From: Octopus sinensis
Taxonomy: Eukaryota
Assembly (NCBI RefSeq): GCF_006345805.1
Contig: NC_043005.1
Location: forward strand, 15,624,001 to 15,688,000
Length of the DNA: 64,000 nt
Reading direction: 5' to 3'
Under the pieces are notes generated by a model. It had not been told where the DNA came from and did no database searches. It was given only the letters and a program-made list of their open reading frames with translations. Below are positions 1 to 13,831 of the stretch, piece after piece. Each line of letters begins with the position of its first letter. The first letter of the stretch is position 1. Made by a program: the position numbers and the translations under genes.

Positions 1-158
1 GGCGATATCTAGCCTCTCACTCCTAACCTACAATGTCATTCTGAAAATAAACAATCACATCATTGAAACCTCAAAGCTATAAGATAATGCATGATTAATT
101 CAAAACAATTTGAGTGAAAAAGTATTACATTTAACAGAGTATTCTGAACACTAAAGGG
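1..158. mobile_element. piggyBac-like MITE, partial (mirror of 17373-17591)
   Basis: Ends AACACTAAAGGG followed by TTAA (159-162). Confidence 0.7.
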
Positions 159-1058
159 TTAAACTTTGAGCTACCATATTTCTGTTGAAATGCACTGCCA
201 TTGTCTATTAATTTTGGAAGTTGTGAAGAATTCATTTAAATAACTTTGTCATTATGAAGCAAATGTTTGGAACATGACATGAGATTTTGATGGCAGGTTT
301 TACTTCAGATGAATTTAAAACAGAGAATGTCTATGATTCAACCAGGAGTGACGTTACTATGTGGTTTGGGATCAAAAAGATTAAACCAAGTGATAGATAA
401 GGTCAACCACCCAAGAACAGGAACAGAAATGAACTCTACAACAGGCTACCACAGAATCCCCAACTATCCAGTTCCACACTTTAGATTTTAGCTGACCTGA
501 GACTGTTGTACAAGACCCTAATCCAGGGTACCATACAGTAGAAACTGACCTGAAAACAAACCTCTTCATTATACACAGCCATACATAATGATTGCAGAAA
601 TAAATAAATAAGAGAACTTACAAAAGAAATGAGGTAAAACAAAGAATAAAATACTGCAATAGGAAAGAACCAGCATGGCAGTAGATGGAACGAATTGGAT
701 ATTCTTGACAAATGGTAACTTTCCTTATATTCTTGAAATCTTTTGTAAACAGTGTTGATTAGAATTTCTAAATGTTTGTAGACAGGAGTATTATTAATTT
801 CTTTATTTTCTTCTGTTTAACTGTATTTACAAACTGTAAAGAAAAAGGATAAAATTCTTGGGACTTCAAATTCTTAGGTTTTTTGGATTTTCTTTTTTAA
901 TAAATCAACAAAACTGAAAGTCTGACAGAGATCTGGGGATATATTTTTTAATGTTTGGACAATATTATTGCATCTTAGCTTTTATAATACATCGTCTGGC
1001 AGTTATGACAAAGATTTTTTATAAATGGACAATAGATAGAAACATACATATACATATA

Positions 1059-1457
1059 CTCTCTCTTTTACTCTTTTACTAGTTTCAGTCATTTGACTGT
1101 GGCCATGCTGGAGCACCGCCTTTAGTCGAGCAAATCAACCCCGGGACTTATTCTTTGTAAGCCTAGTACTTATTATATCGGTCTCTTTTGCTGAACCGCT
1201 AAGTGACGGGGACGTAAACACACCAGCATCGGTTGTCAAGCAATGCTAGGGGGACAAACACACACACACACACATACATATATATACATGTATACGACAG
1301 GCTTCTTTCAGTTTCCGTCTACCAAATCCACTCACTAGGCATTGGTCTACCCGGGGCTATAGCAGAAGACACTTGCCCAAGATGCTACGCAGTGGGACTG
1401 AACCCGGAACCATGTGGCTGGTTAGCAAGCTACTTACCACACAGCCACTCCTGCACC
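1059..1457 (-). mobile_element. tRNA-derived CORE-type SINE with internal (TA)/(TG) microsatellite; present only in left arm
   Basis: Head AGGAGTGGCTGTGTGGTAAG..GGTTCAGTCCC, CORE-like TTGGGCAAGTGTCTT, tail GGCGGTGCTCCAGCATGGCC..AGTAAAAGAG; the empty site is visible in the right arm near 16480. Confidence 0.9.
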
Positions 1458-1551
1458 TATATATAGAATATCAGGAAAGTCAGGAGATATGAGATGGAGA
1501 TATTTATGTCACCAGTTGATATCCATAGGATGGCAATCGTTTCACAAACAA

Positions 1552-2644
1552 GCATATAGTTTCCATCCGGATATTGTACGATGGGTTGGTGCCTTCCTCT
1601 GAGATCGCTCCTTCCAAGTCCAAGTAAATGGTTCGCGGTCCGACGTATCCAGTGTGAGCAGTGGCGTGCCTCAAGGTTCAGTGCTTGGGCCCTTATTGTT
1701 CTTAGTCTTCATAAATGACTTGCCCGACGACCTCACGCAACACACCCTTCTATTTGCCGACGATGTCAAACTGGTCACTCCTCGCGGTGATATAGAGGAT
1801 CTTCGTCGATGTCTCCACCAAATTTGGAGGTGGTCTAACGAATGGGACCTGTGTCTGAACGTGTCAAAGTGCTGTCATCTGCCTGTTGGCTCTCCTCCTG
1901 CAACTCAACTTGATTTCGAGCCGGGTCGTCTGCTGCTGGAGAGGACCGATCAGGTAAAGGACCTGGGTATCTTGGTGGATTCCTCCTTTTCGCCTTCGGC
2001 CCAGTGCGTCCATGCTGCCAACAAAGCACGTGGAATTCTGTTCTTGATTCGACGGTCATTCGAAATGCTCACAGCAGCCATATTCCTACCACTCTATGTC
2101 ACGCTGGTGAGACCCATATTGGAATACAGGATTCAAGCCTCTTCTCCTTATCTCCTCAAAGACATACAGCATCTCGAAAGAGTCCAGAAGCTGGCTACCA
2201 GCATGGTTCATGGTCTCAAAAATTTGTCCTATGAAGAAAGGCTGAGGACGCTCGACCTTTATTCTCTAGAAAAACGCCGCCGCCGTGGTGATCTCATTCT
2301 CGCCCACAGCATCATAAGCGGAAAGTGTAACCTCTTGAAAGAGCTGTTCTTCACTCCTGCTCCAGAGCGTCGGCTGCGGGGTCATTCCGAAAAGTTCTAC
2401 CTGCAACGATTTCATCTCAATCGAAGGAGAGGAGCTTTCTCCGTCCGGGTTGCGGATCCGTGGAACAAGCTGCCAGACGAGATGGTGAAGATGCCGACGA
2501 CCGCTTTGTTCAAAGCCTCCCTTGACCTCAAGTGGCCTGAACTCTTTACATGAACACCACCCTGTACTTAACTCCATGTCCCCCTACATGGCCTTACTAT
2601 TTGCTTTTGAGCCAAATTAACTAACTAACTAACTAACTAACTAA
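1552..2644 (+). mobile_element. 5'-truncated CR1-clade LINE (RT C-terminal half, 3' UTR, (TAAC)7 tail)
   Basis: ORF 1654-2553 has GVPQGSVLGPLLF, LFADD, KDLGI and the CR1-type C-terminus RGH..K..FSVRV..WNKLP. Homology extends to 1552 in frame through one TGA. Tandem-repeat tail; absent from the right arm. Confidence 0.93.
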
Positions 2645-2839
2645 CATGAGGAAATGATTTACTTTAATGTATAATAAAACATTTTACGTGTCTGTACTTT
2701 TGTGCATGTTATAAATTACATAGTACTATTGTACATTTGACAAACAAATGCAGGTATAGAAGGCTTGCTCATCAGATCAGCAGCATGCCATGGTTACATC
2801 CATTTTTCAACTCCAATATACACCTGTCACAGCTCCCAA

Positions 2840-3330
2840 CTACTCTTTGCATACTCTGCCTGGTATAATATGTCACCCAGGACAGGACAGGCTGAGGAGT
2901 CAGTGCCACACAGGGCAATATTCAAGTATGAGTGGAGACATCCATGTACTGCATCGCCGCATCTCCCATAAGAGAAAGAGCATGCCTTTGTGCAGGTCGG
3001 GGAAGAAGTCAACCCCCAAATGCACAGTGCACATCATAGTGGGAAAAGGGGACAATAACCTCTGTGAATTCGAGGAAAAATGTGTCTGTTGATGGCATGC
3101 CACGACATGTTTTGGATGTGTGCAGGTAGATGGAGCCAACAATAATGGACAAGAGGACAAAGCCAGCAGCAACATGCCAGGAACTGAGGCCAGTCCCGAA
3201 GTCCCTTGGCGGTCACAGAGGGACCGGTGCCCTCCTCACTGGTTGGCTGATTATGAGACAAGTTAAGGCATGTGGTAAGGGTTGAGGAGAGGACATGGGC
3301 AGGTTGGTTGAATGATCTTCCTGAGTGCTA
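2840..3330 (+). mobile_element. Degraded Gypsy-type LTR retrotransposon: integrase C-terminus and start of 3' LTR
   Basis: Frameshifted translation WYNMSPRTGQAEESVPHRAIFKYEWRHP..VGEEV..PPNAQCTS*WEKGTITSVNSRKNVSVDGMPRHVLDV..RSQRDRCPPHWLADYETS*, then TGTGG at 3271. Recognised from memory of invertebrate Gypsy pol ends. Confidence 0.55.
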
Positions 3331-4079
3331 TAAGCATCACCATCAATTCATAGTCAGAGGCCTGGCTGTGCAGTAAAGAAGTTTGTTTCCCAACCACTTG
3401 GTTTTGAGTTCAGTCCCACTGTGTGACACCTTGGATAAGTGTCATCTACTTTAGCCTTGAGATGACCAATGTCACCTTGTCAACAAAGGAAACTGCATGA
3501 GTGTATGTGTGTGTCTGTGTGCGCATATTAACTTCTCTTCACCATCCACTTTCACTTGCTTGCATCATGGCTCAGAGAGAATCTACTGGGGCAGATTCTG
3601 TATGACTGGATGCCTTTCTTGTAGCCAAACAAAGCCTTGTTAAAGGATTTGGTGCAGAGAAACTGAAGGAAGCCTTGAGTACACATACACGCATATAACA
3701 GACATACATATTGCATAGTGGGGTAATAACTCGCTGACATTTTTGGGCCGTTGTTAATCACGTGTGTGATGTCTTTCAAAGAAATATGGCATAATCTACA
3801 TTTACAGTTGTATCTTGGAACTCCAATGGCTTCACTGTCTCTTTTGTTAATTAGATATTTAATTGGCAGTTTCCTGTTCAGTGCATGAAGTTAAGCCTAG
3901 AAGGTCTCTCCACAGGCTAGAAATAACAGCCAAATCAATGGCAATCACAGTTGTAAAAAAAAAAAAGACAAAAAGCTTTTTTATTTTCCAAAATTCCAAT
4001 TTTGAAGAAAACAAAATATATTCAATGGAAATTAAATAAGTAGAATGGAATAACAGGACACGAGAGTCTTTACTACTCG

Positions 4080-4450
4080 ATGTACATATTGTCTGAAGTG
4101 TGTGTTCTTGATAATCGTTGAGAACAAGTAGTTTTACACCAATTACACTATTTTTTCTTAGTTTAAAGGCCGTGGACTGAAGATGTGAAATTTCCGAAGC
4201 CTCTCCCCAACCCACCTTTCGCGAGCGCGCATTTTTTTCATCATAGTCGTTTAGAGCAAGTTGTTTTACACCTATTACGCTATTTTTGTTTTTGTTTTTG
4301 TGCCCGGGTCAGACGCTTTCGGAAATTCCCGATGTAAATTTTCCGAGGCCTCTCCCCCACTCCCCTTTCGCGTGCGCGCATTTTTTTTTCATATTCGTTC
4401 AGAGGAAGTTGTTTTACACCTATTACACACATTTTTTTTTTGTTTCTTTG
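4080..4450 (+). repeat. About 2.5 diverged tandem units of 130-150 bp
   Basis: Recurring AGT(T/A)GTTTTACACC(T/A)ATTAC (about 4128, 4259, 4407) and GATGT.AA.TTTCCGA.GCCTCTCCCC..TTTCGCG.GCGCGCATTTTTTT. Confidence 0.7.
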
Positions 4451-4745
4451 AATGGTGTAACGCTTTAGTTTAACCGCGCTGAGAGACGAAAACCTAAGAC
4501 TTTAAATTTAAATTTTAAAATGCTGATTTTTCTGCAACTAAAAATTCTTCAAGGCGGTGCCCCAGCACAGCCGCAGTCTAATGACTGAAACAAGTAAAAG
4601 GTGAAAAAAAAAGTCGAAAAATAAAACCGTGGGGCTTTTGTCCTCGTTTTGGCGACAGTTACCCTTATTTATTATATTTATTCTTAACAGCTTCACCTTC
4701 ACTATGAGAATAGCTGCTCACTGACCAAAATCTAAGCGAAATGCT

Positions 4746-5124
4746 TGTTGGAAGCACTCCGTCGGTTACGACGATGAGGGTTCCGGTTGATCCGAATCAA
4801 CGGAACAGCCTGCTCGTGAAATTAACGTGTAAGTGGCTGAGCACTCCACAGACACGTGCACCCTTAACGTAGTTCTCGGGGATATTCAGAGAGTGACAAG
4901 GCCGGCCCCTTGAAATACAGGTACAACAGAAACAGGAAGTAAGAGTGAGAGAAAGTTATAGTGAAAGAGTACGGCAGGGATCACCACCATCCCCTGCCGG
5001 AGCCTCGTGGAGCTTTAGGTGTTTTCGCTCAATAAACACTCACAACGCCCAGTCTGGGAATCGAAACCGCGATCCTATGACCGCGAGTCCGCTGCCCTAA
5101 CCACTGGGCCATTGCGCCTCCACA
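4746..5124 (-). mobile_element. Full-length tRNA-derived SINE (family with GAGGCGCAATGGCCCAGTGGTTAGGG head)
   Basis: A/B-box-like head, tail ending CCGACGGAGTGCTTCC, 12-bp TSD AAGCGAAATGCT (4734-4745, 5125-5136). Confidence 0.9.
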
Positions 5125-5923
5125 AAGCGAAATGCTAAACTCAAGGGGAATAACTACAAATGAATCCAGGTTAAAAAAAAAAGTCAATTTCTTTATTCAC
5201 TATATAAGGTTAAGAAAGAGGGAACGATACGAGGGGTCAGGGGATCGAATAGGACGAAGCGTATGAATAAACTATTCTAAATATATACAATTAAATGAGA
5301 ATGAATGATTAACAAAGAAATGAAGCGGAGGACGCGGTCGACCCCGCAAACCACATTCTCACACTGAAGAATTTGTTTTTTCCTTTATTTGTACCCGCTT
5401 AATCAGGTTCTTTCACTCGCAACATACTTGTTACTGACTTCCATCTTTTCCGAAACACGCTTTGCGACGGGCATTTCTTCTCCAACCTTATTTTTCGTTT
5501 CAAGTGGAAAACGAAACTGTTAATTAAGTCGAGGCTGGAGAGAAATATGCCTGTTGCAATTCCTTTCACTCACGTCTTCTTCCATACTACCTCTTTCGCA
5601 ACAGCAACTATCGAGAGAAAACAAGCTCGCTCCTCCCTATTCAGGGAGGTCGGCAGAACGATCTTAATACAGATTCGCTCGACAGTTGTACTCTTCTGAA
5701 TGCGACAGCAGGTGTTCGACATAAGCCCAGAGTTCAGTCACCTTTCTAACATTGCCAGGACAAAGACTTCTCGTAATTACCCATAGGCCCCGGCCCGAAT
5801 GTTCTTCAGAATAGTTGATCTTCGTCGAAGCCTAGGGTTTCTCCCAGGAAACTTGAATTCTACTAACCCTCTATAGAAAGACAAGGTAGTACAACCCGCC
5901 AACGCCGTTGCCCGACTGGGAGA

Positions 5924-7035
<1,112 letters not shown>

Positions 7036-7041
7036 CATATA

Positions 7042-7432
7042 CTCTTTTACTTGTTTCAGTCCTTTGACTGCGGCCATGCTGGAGCACCGCCTTTAATCGA
7101 GCAACTCAACCCCGGGACTTATTCTTTTGTAAGCCCAGTACTTATTCTATCGGTCTCTTTTGCCGAACCACTAAGTAACGGGGACGTAAACACACCAGCA
7201 TCGGTTGTCAAGCAATGCTAGGGGGACAAACACAGACACACAAACATACACGCACACACATATATATATATACATATATACGACAGGCTTCTTTCAGTTT
7301 CCGTCTACCAAATCCACTCACAAGGCATTGGTCGGCCCGGGGCAATAGCAGAAGACACTTGCCCAAGGTGCCACGCAGTGGGACTGAACCCGGAACCATG
7401 TGGTTGGTTAGCAAGCTACTTACCACACATCC
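7042..7432 (-). mobile_element. CORE-type SINE
   Basis: Same family as 1059-1457. Confidence 0.9.
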
Positions 7433-7506
7433 ACATATATATATATTGGTAAAACGGTAAGATAACAAAAGAAAGAAAGAGACCTCAATATTATGTAATG
7501 TAACAT

Positions 7507-8672
<1,166 letters not shown>

Positions 8673-8677
8673 TTATA

Positions 8678-9075
8678 TCTTCTTTATATATAAAAGAGAA
8701 GTTGTGTGTCTGTCTCCTACGATTTAGATTCCTAACTCCTCCCACATTTTGCAGTGCAGTGTAACCAAAAGCGGGTATCTTATAGTCGTGATTCATATCG
8801 AGCCCTTGGGTATTAGCGTGCATCTACGATGAGTCTACGATTTAAAAAAAAAATTACCATAATTTTTTTCCATTTTAATGCATTTTTTCGCTATTATATA
8901 AGGGAGTAACTCTCTAAAAATGTCTACGATGAGTCAACGATTTAAAAAAAAATTTACCATCATTTTTTTTCCATTTTTAATGCATATTTTTGCTATATTT
9001 TGGCTATAACTCTCTAAAAATGCTTATATAGTTATTTCCCTTACAAACCCGAGCAACGCCGGGCGATACTGCTAG
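8678..9075 (+). mobile_element. Non-autonomous Helitron-like element H1
   Basis: A|TC start, subterminal hairpin CCCGAGCAACGCCGGG, CTAG|T end, no TSD. Confidence 0.8.
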
Positions 9076-9287
9076 TTATATATATATATATATGTGTGTG
9101 TAAACAATTGCAGCGTGGAAGATGTTTGTAAGCCATTTAAGGACACAAAAAAAACCCGTTAGTTTCACTTCAACACTTCAATTTAATTGAATTGTGTCAA
9201 CATATTTTCTTCTTCGCTTGAAACTGCGACCTGTTCACTGATTGAACTTGAAGCTGCAACTCAGAAAGTAACAGTAATATATGCATA

Positions 9288-9674
9288 CTAGCAGTATCGC
9301 CCGGCGTTGCTCGGGTTGTGTAAGGGAAATAACTATATAAGCATTTTTAGAGATGTAAAGTATAATAGCCATCTCAATGTGGCTAACCCACAAGGGGGGG
9401 GGGTGTTACTGTAGCTTTTTACGTTCTGAGATTTAATAAATTTTTAGAGAGTTACTGCCCTTATATATGCCAAAAATGCATTAAAAATGGGAAAATTGAT
9501 GGTAATTTTTTTTTTATCGTAGACTCATCGTAGACGCGCGCTAATACCCAGAAGGGCTCGATATGAATCACGACTATAAGATACCCGCTTTTGGTTAAAC
9601 TGAACCGCAAAATGTGGGAGTAGTTAGGAATCTAAATCGTAGGAGACAGACACACAACTTCACTTTTATATATA
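9288..9674 (-). mobile_element. Helitron-like element H2
   Basis: Reverse complement of the H1 family; CTAG end at 9288. Confidence 0.8.
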
Positions 9675-9675
9675 A

Positions 9676-10060
9676 CTAGCAGTATCGCCCGGCGTTGCTC
9701 GGGTTTGTAAGGGAAATAGCTATATAAGCATTTTTAGAGAGTTATAGCAAAAAATGCATTAAAAATGGAATAAAAAATGATGGTAATTTTTTTTTTAAAT
9801 CGTTGACTCATCGTAGACATTTTTAGAGAGTTACTTCCCTTATATAATAGCGAAAAAATGCATTGAAATGGAAAAAATTATGGTTTTTATTTTTAAAATC
9901 GTAGACTCATCGTAGACGCGCGCTAATACCCAGAAGGGCTCGATATGAATCACGACTATAAGATACCCGGTTTTGGTTAAACTGCACCGCAAAATGTGGG
10001 AGTAGTTAGGAATCTAAATCGTAGGAGACAGACACACAACTTCACTTTTATATATAAAGA
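9676..10060 (-). mobile_element. Helitron-like element H3, tandem with H2
   Basis: Full reverse-complement copy with TC start at 10060. Confidence 0.8.
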
Positions 10061-11033
10061 TTTGTGCAACAACTAAAACATTCGGTTGTGCAAATTGTTT
10101 GCACAGGAAACCTGCCCTGTGTGGCGGTTTTTGCCGTTTTTGTGGATCTGTTTCAGCTTTTTTAGCCATTTCTGTTTTGGTGACTTCAAGCCATGAAGTC
10201 GTTGTTCTAAAAAGAACGCTGGTCTCCTTGACAAAGCTTTACGACGTTGATTTCCCTACCCTGCCTTCCCCACAGCTTCACGAGGGAGGGAAGAAGGGGG
10301 AGAGCTACACAGGTGCAGGTGCGAGCATGAACGCCACCACCCGCCACCGACACACGAAAAAATTGGAAGAACCCAGACGACAGCTTCAGCCACCACCACC
10401 ACCACCACCACCACCACCACCACGACCAACACCATCACCACTACCACCATGACCACCACCACCACTACGCCCATGACCATCACCACCACCATCACGAAGA
10501 CCACCACGACCACCACCATCATCACAACGACGACGACCACCACCATCATCACCACCCCTCACCACCAACAAACAACAACACCACCACCACCACCAAAACA
10601 CGACGACCACCACGACCACGACCATATCACCACTACCAGCACCACCGCCACCACCGCTGCCACTACCACCGCCTCCACCACACACCATACTATGCCTCTG
10701 CTCTCTCCTTTTGGCTACTAAATCCATTACCATATTTCACAAGTACCATCGCCATACAATATTGCCTTAAAAGTTTGTTTGGATAATATTTTTTTAAGTA
10801 AAAGTTGTGCAACAACTATAACATTCGGTTGTGCAAATTATTTGCACGGAAACCTTCCCTGTGTGGCGTGTTTCCCGATTTTGTAGAATTTGCTTTCGGG
10901 CTTTCTTAGCCATTTCTGTTTTGGTGTCTTCAAGCCATGAAGTCGTTGTTCTAAAAGAACGCTGGTCTCCTTGACAACGCTTTACGACGTTGATTTCCTT
11001 ACACTCCCTTCCCCACAGCTTCACGAGGGAGGG
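10061..11033. repeat. Two direct repeats of about 230 bp (10061-10290, 10805-11033) flanking a (CCA/CAC)n-rich tract
   Basis: Shared TTGTGCAACAACT..CTTCACGAGGGAGGG; the second copy runs directly into Helitron piece H4. Confidence 0.85.
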
Positions 11034-11208
11034 AAAAAAATATGCGTTAAAATGGAAAAAAATTATGGTAAATTATTTTTAAAATCGTAGACTCATCGTA
11101 GACGCGCGCTAATACCCAGACGGGCTCGATATGAATCACGACTATAAGATACCCGAATTTGGTTAAACTGCACCGCAAAATGTGGAGTAGTTAGGAATCT
11201 AAATCGTA
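11034..11208 (-). mobile_element. Partial Helitron-like element H4
   Basis: 5' half of the H family, reverse-complemented. Confidence 0.75.
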
Positions 11209-11212
11209 TAGA

Positions 11213-11601
11213 TAAGAAAGAGAGTTGTGTGCTGTTGTCTCCTACGATTTAGATTTCTAACTACTCCAACATTTTGCGATGCAGTTTAACCAAAACCGGG
11301 TATCTTATAGTCGTGATTCATATCGAGCCCTTCTGGGTATTAGCGCGCGTCTATGATGAGTCTACGATTAAAAAAAAAATTTACCATCATTTTTTTCATT
11401 TTAATGCATTTTTCGCTTTTATATAAGGGAAGTAACTCTCTAAAAATGTCTACGATGAGTCAACGATTTTTTAAAAAATTCACCATAATTTTTTTTCCAT
11501 TTTTAATGCATTTTTTTGCTACTTTTTGGCTATAACTCTCTAAAAATGCATATATAGTTATTTCCCTTACAAACCCGAGCAACGCCGGGCGATACTGCTA
11601 G
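11213..11601 (+). mobile_element. Helitron-like element H5
   Basis: H family with hairpin and CTAG|T end at 11601. Confidence 0.8.
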
Positions 11602-11832
11602 TTTATATATAAAGAAGAAGATATATGCATGCACATACGCATGTACGTACGTGTGTATGTGTGTATATGTGTTTAAACGTTGTATGTGAAAATAAGACAT
11701 ATGTATATAAGATTATACCTATATGCGTGTGTATACGCGTTTATATGATTGCGTGTGCTTGTACACGTGTATAGGTAAGTTTATATTTTGCATGTGTGTA
11801 TGTAAGACATTGTACCTTCGACAGTGTAACAG

Positions 11833-11891
<59 letters not shown>

Positions 11892-12233
11892 ACTTGAACA
11901 TACACACATATCAGTACATAAACATACGTACATTCACACACATACACACATACATACACACACGCGCGCATGCACAAATATCATGAATTAACTTTTGCTT
12001 TCTCAGATGCAGCACGAAGTTTTGTCAGGAAACAGATCGTGGTTTCAAACAGACGAAAATATTTTCACACAAATTAAGTTTAAACGTTAAAAGTGAATCT
12101 AACGGTTTTTGTGTGTTCTTAAATAATGGCTTACAGACATCTTCCAAGCCGCAATTGCTTCTGTTCCAGCACACAGATCGATCTCAGGTCAAGTCACTTG
12201 CTAACCAAGTACATCTCCATAATAACTATATAT

Positions 12234-12652
12234 GGCGATCTTTCGTCTCTAGTAGACCTTTCCGTCGATTTCCGTAAAAAATTTTTTTTTTTTACATATG
12301 GGCTTGCGGGAACTTTTGAAGTAATATACATACATATACACATACACCAGTAAAAAATTTCAGTTATCTCTTTCTTTCACACATTACTCTGTCTCTTCAC
12401 ACACACTAACAGAAGCACTTCACTTACACAACATACTGTCTGTCTCCCACACCCCATCAAACACACACACACACATGTACATCAATGCTTCACATGCACG
12501 GTAACTTCAAAAGAACTTCCCTCGTCATACAATCGCTTTCTCTTAGTCTCTTTCGCTCTCATTACTTCAAAAGTTCCCGCAAGCCCATATGTAAAAAAAA
12601 AAAATTTTTTACGGAAATCGACGGAAAGGTCTACTAGAGACGAAAGTTTGCC
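12234..12652. mobile_element. MITE with 92-bp TIRs inserted in (TA)n
   Basis: 12234-12325 versus 12561-12652: 90 of 92 bases identical as reverse complement. Confidence 0.85.
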
Positions 12653-12670
12653 ATATATATATATATACAC

Positions 12671-12870
12671 ACAAAATTTCGAGGACTGACCACTAAAGTA
12701 GGCAGTCTATATGTTAAACAAAAACGTCAAATCATTTGTCTTGTTATTTTTAACATTTTGGTTTTTTTGCTGAGACTTTCTTGAGAACACATTCTTCGTG
12801 GTAATGGCGATTTGACGTCTATGTTTAGCATATAGGCTGTCCACTTTAGTGGTCAGTCCTCTAAATTTGT
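12671..12870. mobile_element. Small foldback MITE of about 200 bp
   Basis: AAATTTCGAGGACTGACCACTAAAGT / ACTTTAGTGGTCAGTCCTCTAAATTT with weaker pairing inward. Confidence 0.75.
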
Positions 12871-12969
12871 ATGTAACACAGTTTTTAAACTTCGGATTTT
12901 TTTAAATATGCTAAGCCACTGGTTTTAATTGATTAATTTTAATATATGAATTATATATATAGGCATACC

Positions 12970-13447
12970 TACAGATATGCACCCCACCTATTTTGTTACT
13001 TCATCATAACCTCCAGAAAAACGGATACTTTTTAACAAAATTTTCAACAAATACCGCTTAGGAGCTGGGAATCAGAGTATTAGGGATTTGTGAGAAAGAT
13101 TTTTCCGATGGGCCTGGAGAGAGGAGTTTTGGAAAATACATACGAAACGAATTTTATACAAATACCTTTCAAACAACATAAAGGAATTTGTGGGGAATTT
13201 TTTTTCAGCTGGGGTAGGGAGAGGAGTTTCGAAAAAACGGAGTTTTGGATCAGGAAGACCAAATAAATTGAAACTACTCATTTTTCATTTCACCACAGCC
13301 TTCGAAAAATATTTACATGGTGGGACATCTTTTCACGAAACAAAAACTATTTTTGAAAGTTTGTCGTAAAGAATACGCACACCCGGTAAAGTTAGTTTTA
13401 GGGTTAGAGTTTTTGTTACGCCGAAAACGGTGGTGTGCATATTCTTT
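12970..13447 (-). repeat. Inverted copy of 5924-6400 (MITE-like, TGCAC..GTGCA ends with TA flanks, internal TAACCC)
   Basis: Near-identical ORF translations on opposite strands (6096+ versus 13072-); about 85 percent similarity by eye. Confidence 0.8.
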
Positions 13448-13557
13448 ACCCCTCCGCCGAAATTTATTTGTACACACACCCCCATTCCTCCCCATCACAC
13501 TCCGATCGATTTTGGCCAATTTCTTTAATTAAAAGAAAACCAAGGGAGAGAGCATTT

Positions 13558-13800
13558 GGATCTTTACCTTTTGACCTACAGATTAAAAAAAAAAATTATT
13601 GTAACTAAACACTTTCAAACTTCGGACACTGATAGAATGTGTCATATAAAACATCTTTTACTCTTAGCGTTTTGAGAAAACTTATATTTACGAAGTTATT
13701 TTACCTTAAAGTTGTCGTATTTCGGTAATTTCACAACCAATCAATGACGTGTATTCAGCTGAATGTTGTTTGTCAACAACTATCAGCGCTGTATTTTTCG
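13558..13800 (+). mobile_element. Fragment of a GGATC-terminated DNA transposon family
   Basis: Starts GGATCTTTACCTTTTGACC; its reverse complement recurs at about 57140-57198; internally resembles 30616-31038. Confidence 0.55.
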
Positions 13801-13831
13801 TTTGTCACTGTTATTTACGACATGCTAGGGT

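Larger units (their letters stand above)
1..3879 (+). repeat. Left arm (A) of a large inverted duplication; truncated by the window edge
   Basis: Reverse complement of 15154-17529 apart from two insertions (1059-1457, 1552-2644). Bases 1-128 differ from the right arm at only 3 positions; roughly mid-90s percent identity elsewhere by eye. Confidence 0.95.

Noticed and set aside
309-711. Short ORFs partly conserved between the two arms
   Set aside because: Conservation is explained by the duplication; the arms differ by frameshifting indels and the sequence overlaps a MITE-like unit.
5040-5124. tRNA genes (also other heads with A/B boxes)
   Set aside because: They are SINE heads continuing into SINE bodies with TSDs; no complete cloverleaf.
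10061-11033. Direct repeats as LTRs of a mini-retroelement (TRIM)
   Set aside because: No TG..CA pair, PBS, PPT or TSD; the repeat is contiguous with Helitron sequence.
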